In this document: positions 57,407-64,000 of the stretch, in pieces | How positions within the stretch are numbered: the stretch's first letter is position 1 | Layout of the letters: every line of letters starts with the position of its first letter | From: Demequina sp. | Lineage (GTDB): Bacteria; Actinomycetota; Actinomycetes; Actinomycetales; Demequinaceae | Length of the DNA: 64,000 bases | Reading direction: 5' to 3' | Assembly: GCA_030148645.1 (NCBI GenBank) | Contig: JASBTB010000007.1 | Location: 12,571-76,570, forward strand | Notes under the pieces: generated by a model | What the model saw: only the letters and a program-made list of their open reading frames with translations | Database searches by the model: none | What the model was told of the DNA's origin: nothing | Translations under genes and position numbers: made by a program

Positions 57407-58630
57407 TTACGCCCGCGAGGACTCTGGCAGTGTCCACCGGGGAGTGAACGTGTACAGCACCCCCGCGGTCGCGGCACCCACCGCGCCCACGGCGAAGAAC
57501 CCGAGAGGCAACGCAATCGCCGCGCCAGCGGCAACGACCACTGGCCCCAACAACCCGCCCGCGTCCTGAAGAATGGACCACGCACCCAGGAACACCGCCT
57601 TGCCCTGTTCGGGCGCGGCATCGGCGCCCAACGTCATCACGATTCCCGAGCCCCACCCATTGCCAAACCCAATCAGGACAACGACGGCTGCGACCTGCCA
57701 TGGCTGCGATGTCGCGGGCAGCAGTGAGGCGCCCGCAGCCAAAGCGATCGCCGAGGGCACGGCAGTCCACACGCGACCGAAACGGTCCATGACGTAGCCA
57801 GCCGGAACGAACATCGCCATATCGATCGCCGTCGCCACTCCAAAGACCAGCGATGCCCCCGAGTCGCTCATCCCGATGTGTGCGGCCCACAAGGGAATGA
57901 CCACTACCCGCGCTTGCCGCAAAGCGCCCATCAGCAACACCCCCACACCGAGTGTCGAGAAGATGCCCCATTGCGGCCGCAACACCTCACCCACGCGCAC
58001 CTGAGGCCTGTGCGCGCGCGGGATCGACAGATGGCGTGGAGCCGTGAACACGAGCGTCACGATGCCGACACACACCATCGCCGCCGCGAACACATAGGCC
58101 GCGGGCAATCCCGAAGCCTGAATGATGACCGCGCCAGCGAACGGCCCCACAAAATTGCCGATGCGCCATGAGCCAGCGAGGGTCGTCAGGCTGCGCGCGC
58201 GAATCTTGAGCGGCGCCACGGCGTCGATGTGGGCCTGGCGGGCCACGTGTACGCCGCCGTGACCGATTCCGATGACCGCCACCCCGAGCGCCAACACGGC
58301 CACCTGCCCCGCGATCGCACTCACCACCGCGCCGCCAGCAAGGACGGCGTACGCCCCGAACGTCGCAGGAATGGGGCCTCGACGCGTCGAGGCCCACCCT
58401 CCCAATGCGGAGCCGACCATCCGTCCGCCCGAGTACACCGCCACCGCGATCGATGCGACGGCTGCGGGCTCACCCAGGGACAGGGCCGACAAGGCGAACA
58501 GTGGCAACGTGGCGCCGATGCCGATCTCGGCGAGCAGGGTGGGAAGGTAAACCGACAGCGCAAGGACGCGCACGACGCCCGGGTCGGACGCGTCTTGCCT
58601 ACTCAGCGGGCGCCCCCGGCGCCTTGCCAT
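57407..58630 (-). CDS. MFS transporter (start uncertain)
   Basis: LSVYLPTLL, about 12 hydrophobic segments, GYVMDRFGR. Confidence 0.88.
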   Translation of the reverse strand: MARRRGRPLSRQDASDPGVVRVLALSVYLPTLLAEIGIGATLPLFALSALSLGEPAAVASIAVAVYSGGRMVGSALGGWASTRRGPIPATFGAYAVLAGGAVVSAIAGQVAVLALGVAVIGIGHGGVHVARQAHIDAVAPLKIRARSLTTLAGSWRIGNFVGPFAGAVIIQASGLPAAYVFAAAMVCVGIVTLVFTAPRHLSIPRAHRPQVRVGEVLRPQWGIFSTLGVGVLLMGALRQARVVVIPLWAAHIGMSDSGASLVFGVATAIDMAMFVPAGYVMDRFGRVWTAVPSAIALAAGASLLPATSQPWQVAAVVVLIGFGNGWGSGIVMTLGADAAPEQGKAVFLGAWSILQDAGGLLGPVVVAAGAAIALPLGFFAVGAVGAATAGVLYTFTPRWTLPESSRA

Positions 58631-59495
58631 GCTCCGCATCGTACGGGATCGGTTCGGGTGCGGGTGAGGTTTCGTCATTCGCTTGCGCCTCAGGCGCCGC
58701 GAGGCTCCCGCCATCCGGGGCTGCGTCGGGCTCAGCCACGGGCTCAGCCACGGGCTCAGGCGCTGCCAGATCGAGCGCGTCCACGGCCGCGGAGTCAACG
58801 ACCAGGTCCATTGCGGGCCACTCAGACGCGCGCCGCTCCGCGTCAGTCTGCGAATGGGCTCCACACCCGTGGTCCATACTCACGACGCGGCCATCGGACG
58901 GCGACCACTCGTTGGCACACACGCCGAACATGGTGCGCAAGGAACCCGCGAGCGGCACCATAAAGGCGCACGTCGCACACGCGGCACCGGCCGCGACCGC
59001 CGCGGGCGCCGTGGGACCGTGGGAGCCGCGGTACCAGCGTCGGGCGGTCGACTCGCGCGCCTCGGGAGCGAGAACACGCTCGCGCCCCAATCCGAACTCG
59101 AAAATCGCCATAGCGTCGCGATCCTCGTCACCCGTCTCGGTGTAGCCGGGGATGAGTCGCGGGTCCTCAGCCTGAAAGGGCAAAATCATGCCGGGTTCGA
59201 GATCGCCGGGCTGCACGCGCTCGGACCAGGGGATCCACGTGGGGGCAAGCAGCGCGTCACCTCCGGGAAGCAGTGCCGACTCGCATACCGTCACCGTGTC
59301 ATCGACGACCGCCAGGTCGACCGTCCACTCCCAACCGCGGTAGCCCGGCAACGTGCAGGCGAAGCGCACGCAGATGAGGTCGTCGCCGCACACCTCGCTC
59401 ACGAGCATCGCACCGACGGCGGACTCGTATCCAGCCGTTTCCACCACGGCGTCACGGGCCGCGTCTGCGATACGGTCCTCCACTGTGACGGCCAT
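58599..59495 (-). CDS. DUF3027 protein
   Basis: LPGYRGWEW, LLPGGDALLAP.W.PWSER, CATCAF...FGVCANEWSP.DG.VV..DHGCGAHS. Confidence 0.9.
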   Translation of the reverse strand: MAVTVEDRIADAARDAVVETAGYESAVGAMLVSEVCGDDLICVRFACTLPGYRGWEWTVDLAVVDDTVTVCESALLPGGDALLAPTWIPWSERVQPGDLEPGMILPFQAEDPRLIPGYTETGDEDRDAMAIFEFGLGRERVLAPEARESTARRWYRGSHGPTAPAAVAAGAACATCAFMVPLAGSLRTMFGVCANEWSPSDGRVVSMDHGCGAHSQTDAERRASEWPAMDLVVDSAAVDALDLAAPEPVAEPVAEPDAAPDGGSLAAPEAQANDETSPAPEPIPYDAEHGKAPGAPAE

Positions 59496-59878
59496 CAGGC
59501 CTCCAGTTGCTCTGCCACGGCACGCAACACGGAGGCGACCTGCTTGCCCTTTGCGGCTTCGGGATAGCGTCCCTTGCGCAACGAGTTCGAGACGCCGTCG
59601 AGCATTTTGATCAGGTCCTCGACAATGACGGTCATGTCGTCGGCCGGCTTGCGCTGCGCCTGAGCGACGGACGGTACCTGCTCCGCGACGATGACACTCA
59701 TCGCCGAGGGCCCGCGGCGACCATCCACGACGGAATACTCGACCTTGGTGCCTTGGCGGGGGGACGGTACGCCGTCGGGTAGCGCGGAGGCGTGCAGGAA
59801 CACCTCGTCACCCTCGTCACTGGCGATGAAGCCGAACCCCTTGTCGGCGTCAAACCACTTCACTCGTCCCGTTGGCAC
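59495..59878 (-). CDS. Cold-shock domain protein (long actinobacterial type)
   Basis: MPTGRVKWFDADKGFGFI...VFLH. Confidence 0.93.
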   Translation of the reverse strand: MPTGRVKWFDADKGFGFIASDEGDEVFLHASALPDGVPSPRQGTKVEYSVVDGRRGPSAMSVIVAEQVPSVAQAQRKPADDMTVIVEDLIKMLDGVSNSLRKGRYPEAAKGKQVASVLRAVAEQLEA

Positions 59879-59994
59879 GTGCACCTCTCCCACGCGCCGC
59901 AGGCGCGGCGCGTATGGCAAGTCTACAAGGGCGATGGCGTGTGCACGGGCGCGCTTCCCAGGTATCTCTCAGCCTGGAGCGTCACACTGGACGC

Positions 59995-60690
59995 ATGGCG
60001 CAGCAACCGGCACGCATCCTGGTGGTGGACGATGAGCCGGACCTACGGGACCTCCTGGCAACGTCTCTCAAATTCGCGGGATACGCCACGGAGTCCGTGG
60101 CGTCCGGTCGGGCGGCCCTCGATCACCTCCTCCACAGTGCCGCGGACCTCGTGGTGATGGACGTGATGATGCCGACGATGGACGGCTTCACCACCGTGCG
60201 TAAACTGCGGGCCAGAGGCGACGACGTGCCCGTGCTGTTCCTCACGGCGCGCGACGCACCCGACGACGCCCTGGCTGGCTTCACCGTGGGCGCAGACGAC
60301 TACGTCACCAAGCCCTTCTCCCTTGCCGAGGTGGCGGCAAGAATCCAGGCCATCCTGCGTCGTGCGCGGCCAACCTCCCCCACAGCGACCACGCTGACCG
60401 TCGCCGACCTCACCCTCGACGAAGCCGCTCACGAGGCAAACCGTGCGGGCACGCCCCTCGACCTCACCCCCACCGAATTCGCACTGCTGCGCTACCTCAT
60501 GGTGAACGTCGGGACAGTACTGAGTAAGGCGAGGATTCTCGATGAGGTGTGGGGCTACGCGTCCGCCTCCAACGGCGCCATCGTCGAGACCTACATGTCA
60601 TACCTGCGGCGCAAGGTCGACGCTGCCTTCGACGCGCCGCTCCTGCACACCAAGCGCGGCATCGGCTACGTCCTGAAGGAGCCGTCGTGA
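59995..60690 (+). CDS. OmpR-family response regulator
   Basis: ILVVDDE, MDVMMP, GADDYVTKPFS, LTPTEF, VETYMSYLRRK. Confidence 0.95.
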   Translation: MAQQPARILVVDDEPDLRDLLATSLKFAGYATESVASGRAALDHLLHSAADLVVMDVMMPTMDGFTTVRKLRARGDDVPVLFLTARDAPDDALAGFTVGADDYVTKPFSLAEVAARIQAILRRARPTSPTATTLTVADLTLDEAAHEANRAGTPLDLTPTEFALLRYLMVNVGTVLSKARILDEVWGYASASNGAIVETYMSYLRRKVDAAFDAPLLHTKRGIGYVLKEPS

Positions 60691-62087
60691 GCAGCTGGCC
60701 GCTGCGGTGGACCATCCCCGGCATCGCGTTGGTGCTGGTGCTCTTCACCGAACTGGTGCTGGGAGCCGCGACGTTGGCCCTGCTTGACCGCACGCTGGTG
60801 GCGCAGATCGACAGCAGGCTCGACGAGGCGATGACGACCATCGAGAACCGGCCCGGCACCGTGCTCAGCCAACTGGGCCGTTCCCCAAAGTCCAACGTGG
60901 TGGATCCCCTCCGTCCTCGCAGCGACGTGCTCGTTGCGGTCATCCGTGCCGACGGTTCGTTCGCGGAGGGACTCAACGGGCGGCTCAATAATGGCCTACC
61001 GGTACCGGCGGTGACGATCTCAGTCAGTTCCGGCAGCCCCTACACGTCGCGTGTGCAGGGCGAGGCGTGGCGAGTACTCGTCCGCGACGTGGGTCCCTCG
61101 GGGGCCGGGGGTGCGACCGTGGCTGTGATGATGCCGCTACGCGATCCCGGCGCCGCCGCGCTGGCGCTGCGGCGCGGAATCATCGTTCTGGGATTGGTGG
61201 TGGCGACCCTGGCGGCCGGGCTCGCGGCGTGGGCTACCCGGCGTTCGCTACGTCCGTTGGCCGAAGCGGAGCGGACGGCGGCGGCCATTGCGGAGGGCGA
61301 TCTCACGCAACGCGTTCCCGACTACCCGCAGGCGACCGAGGCCGGCTCGCTCGCGGCCTCGCTCAACGTGATGATCGATCGATTGCACGGCGCACTCGCG
61401 CGCGGTGAGGCAACCCAGGAGCGACTACGCCGGTTCGTGTCCGACGCGTCCCACGAGTTGCGCACACCGCTGGCCGCCATCCGTGGCTACGCGGAGTTGC
61501 ACCGCATCGGCGGCGACGAGCGCGGCGACGCCGTGGGCAGGATCGAGACCAATGCGGCGCGCATGTCCGATCTGGTGGACGATCTGCTGTTGCTCGCGCG
61601 GTCGGACGAGGACGCGTCTCAACTCACCGCCGACGAGATGGTCGACCTTGGCGCTGTGGTCGCGGAGGCCGCAGACGACCTGCGTGCACAGGATTCGTCG
61701 CGCACGGTAACCGTCACAGACCAGGCAGGATGCGTGGTGCGAGGTTCGCAACGGCATCTGAGCCAGGTCTTCGCCAACCTCGCGGGGAACGTGTTGCGGT
61801 ACACGCCGGAAGGGTCTGCCGTGGAGTTCACCACCGTGCGCGACGGCTCAACGGTCACGGTGACCGTGCGAGACCACGGGCCAGGATTCCCCACGGGCGA
61901 CGTGGAGCGGCTCTTCGAGCGCTTCTATCGCGCCGACGACTCGCGCACCCGCGATACCGGGGGCTCCGGCCTCGGTCTCGCAATCGTGTCGGCGATCGTG
62001 TCAGCGCATGGCGGTTTCGCCGCTGCATCAGACCTTGGCGACGGCGCACAGGTCGTCGTGACGCTTCCCGCGGACAGCGGCGAGTAG
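60687..62087 (+). CDS. HAMP sensor histidine kinase
   Basis: DASHELRTPL, NLAGNVLRYT, VRDHGPG, GGSGLGLAIV. Confidence 0.95.
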   Translation: MSSWPLRWTIPGIALVLVLFTELVLGAATLALLDRTLVAQIDSRLDEAMTTIENRPGTVLSQLGRSPKSNVVDPLRPRSDVLVAVIRADGSFAEGLNGRLNNGLPVPAVTISVSSGSPYTSRVQGEAWRVLVRDVGPSGAGGATVAVMMPLRDPGAAALALRRGIIVLGLVVATLAAGLAAWATRRSLRPLAEAERTAAAIAEGDLTQRVPDYPQATEAGSLAASLNVMIDRLHGALARGEATQERLRRFVSDASHELRTPLAAIRGYAELHRIGGDERGDAVGRIETNAARMSDLVDDLLLLARSDEDASQLTADEMVDLGAVVAEAADDLRAQDSSRTVTVTDQAGCVVRGSQRHLSQVFANLAGNVLRYTPEGSAVEFTTVRDGSTVTVTVRDHGPGFPTGDVERLFERFYRADDSRTRDTGGSGLGLAIVSAIVSAHGGFAAASDLGDGAQVVVTLPADSGE

Positions 62088-62128
62088 GCCACACCCTACG
62101 GCCCTTGACTCACGATTAGAGTCAGCAC

Positions 62129-62398
62129 ATGGCCATCCTGATCGATCCGCCGCTGTGGCCTCGTCACGGGCGCGTGTGGGGTCACCTGGTCTCCGACGTC
62201 TCGCTTGAGGAACTTCACGAGTTTGCTCGGTCGATGGGGATTCCGGAGCGCGGCTTCGACCTCGATCACTACGACGTGCCGGTGGACATGCATACTCGGC
62301 TCATCGAGGCGGGCGCACTCCTGGTGGACGGCCGCGAGTTGGTGCGACGGCTACGCGCCTCCGGCCTGCGAGTGACAGCGGCCGCACGCCGTCGTTAG
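62129..62398 (+). CDS. DUF4031 protein
   Basis: ILIDPP.WP.HGR.WGHLVSD.SLEELHEFA...FDLDHYD. Confidence 0.88.
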   Translation: MAILIDPPLWPRHGRVWGHLVSDVSLEELHEFARSMGIPERGFDLDHYDVPVDMHTRLIEAGALLVDGRELVRRLRASGLRVTAAARRR

Positions 62399-62491
62399 CG
62401 CCGCCCCACGCGGACCGGGACCATTGGTCCACGGCCCCTCCTCGCTCTTACCTGAAAGTCCCTTATAACAGGTGATGCCTCGAGGTGACAT

Positions 62492-62812
62492 GTGGCGGCA
62501 CCGGAAAACGAAGCGACGCGACTTGCGGAAAGACTTGCGGCGATCGCAAGCCCCCCGCGCATGCGGATCATTGCGGAACTGCACGCGCAACCGCTTCACG
62601 TGAGCGAACTCGCGCGCAGGGTTGAGATGTCGCGAGCGCTCCTCTACATGCACCTTCGCAAACTCGAGGAGGCGGGCTTTGTCAGCAGCGAACTGACGCT
62701 CAGCGAAGACGGCAGGGCTATGAACACCTACTCGTCCACCTCATTCAGCATCGCATTGAGTCCCTCAGTGATCGCGGACGCGGTCACCCATCTCACAGAA
62801 AAAGAGGAATGA
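62492..62812 (+). CDS. ArsR-like winged-HTH regulator
   Basis: LAAIASPPRMRIIAEL...HVSELARRVEMSRALLYMHLRKLEEAG. Confidence 0.88.
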   Translation: MAAPENEATRLAERLAAIASPPRMRIIAELHAQPLHVSELARRVEMSRALLYMHLRKLEEAGFVSSELTLSEDGRAMNTYSSTSFSIALSPSVIADAVTHLTEKEE

Positions 62813-63024
62813 ACATGGAAGGCACCGCATAGGTCGGCTGGCTCGTCGTGCTCGTACCGGTGACGGCCATCATTGCCTGGGCCGTCGTCGAGGCCACGAA
62901 GCACATCGGTCGAGACGCTGGCGCGGAGAAGCGTGAGGCGGCGATCATGGCCCGGCTCGACGCTCTCGACGCTCTCGACGCGCGACTGGAGCACACCGAG
63001 AAGACGCTCAACGACATCTCCTAA
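62809..63024 (+). pseudogene. Small single-TM protein interrupted by an in-frame TAG at codon 8
   Basis: MNMEGTA*VGWLVVLVPVTAIIAWAVVEATK...LDARLEHTEKTLNDIS*; ATGA overlap with the upstream regulator; TAG at 62830-62832. Confidence 0.65.
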
Positions 63025-63257
63025 CACACAGCGGGTGATGATTCCGACGCGTCGGTGACCACGCATCCGTGAACACCGGTCCGTGAACACTGGGAACCGC
63101 AAACCGCCCGACACGCGGTATCTCACGCCCCGCAGTCGGCGTGTCGCACGCGCATGCGGTTCTTAGCGTTCGGAGAACGCGCTGTGCGGGGGTGGGGCGG
63201 CAGACGGGCGATGCGGACGGGGGCACAGACGACCGCAGCACCGGACGCCAGCAGAAG

Positions 63258-63295
63258 ACGAAGGGCCCCGAGGATCGCTCCTCGGGGCCCTTCGT
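63258..63295. terminator. Hairpin terminator downstream of groEL
   Basis: Perfect 17-bp stem ACGAAGGGCCCCGAGGA-tcgc-TCCTCGGGGCCCTTCGT. Confidence 0.88.
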
Positions 63296-63311
63296 GCGTG
63301 TCGGCTGGGGC

Positions 63312-64000
<689 letters not shown>

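Overview
High-GC actinobacterial (Micrococcales-like) DNA in three parts. (1) 1-34672 is most of an integrative conjugative element (ICE) abutting the 3' end of tRNA-Ala(CGC). It carries a MobF relaxase running off the left edge, ArdC-like, prim-pol, DUF2637, ParB, a multidomain wall hydrolase, two pilin-like genes, VirB6/PrgI/VirB4/VirD4, SSB and a large serine recombinase. It also holds two cargo blocks: heavy-metal genes at about 1.8-5.8 kb, and a tyrosine-recombinase module plus phosphatase, oxidoreductase, GAP, TetR and MFS genes at about 14.65-22.8 kb. (2) Host chromosome from 34.7 kb: FKBP, SepX/GlpR-like, RimJ, 5-FTHF cyclo-ligase, FmdB, degenerate helicase-like gene, PPDK, AKR, NlpC/P60, IdeR, Ugd, ManA, SerC, CAP, MFS, DUF3027, Csp, a two-component pair and groEL. 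(3) A decayed metal/redox islet at about 42.87-47.16 kb next to tRNA-Arg(CCT). The most interesting signals are: a recurring GTGCACCTG / CACCT-N6-C-purine element before nine ICE gene starts (ATG exactly 7 nt downstream in three cases) together with an ICE gene that resembles a divergent sigma factor; a duplicated unannotated 15-codon ORF MD(F/Y)ERFEYL..PVG.; an Int-HTH-(zinc ribbon x5 + dead integrase) module with TTAGATGTA repeats; and an integrase frame that reads through the tRNA target. All family assignments come from motif recognition by eye; no database searches were run.
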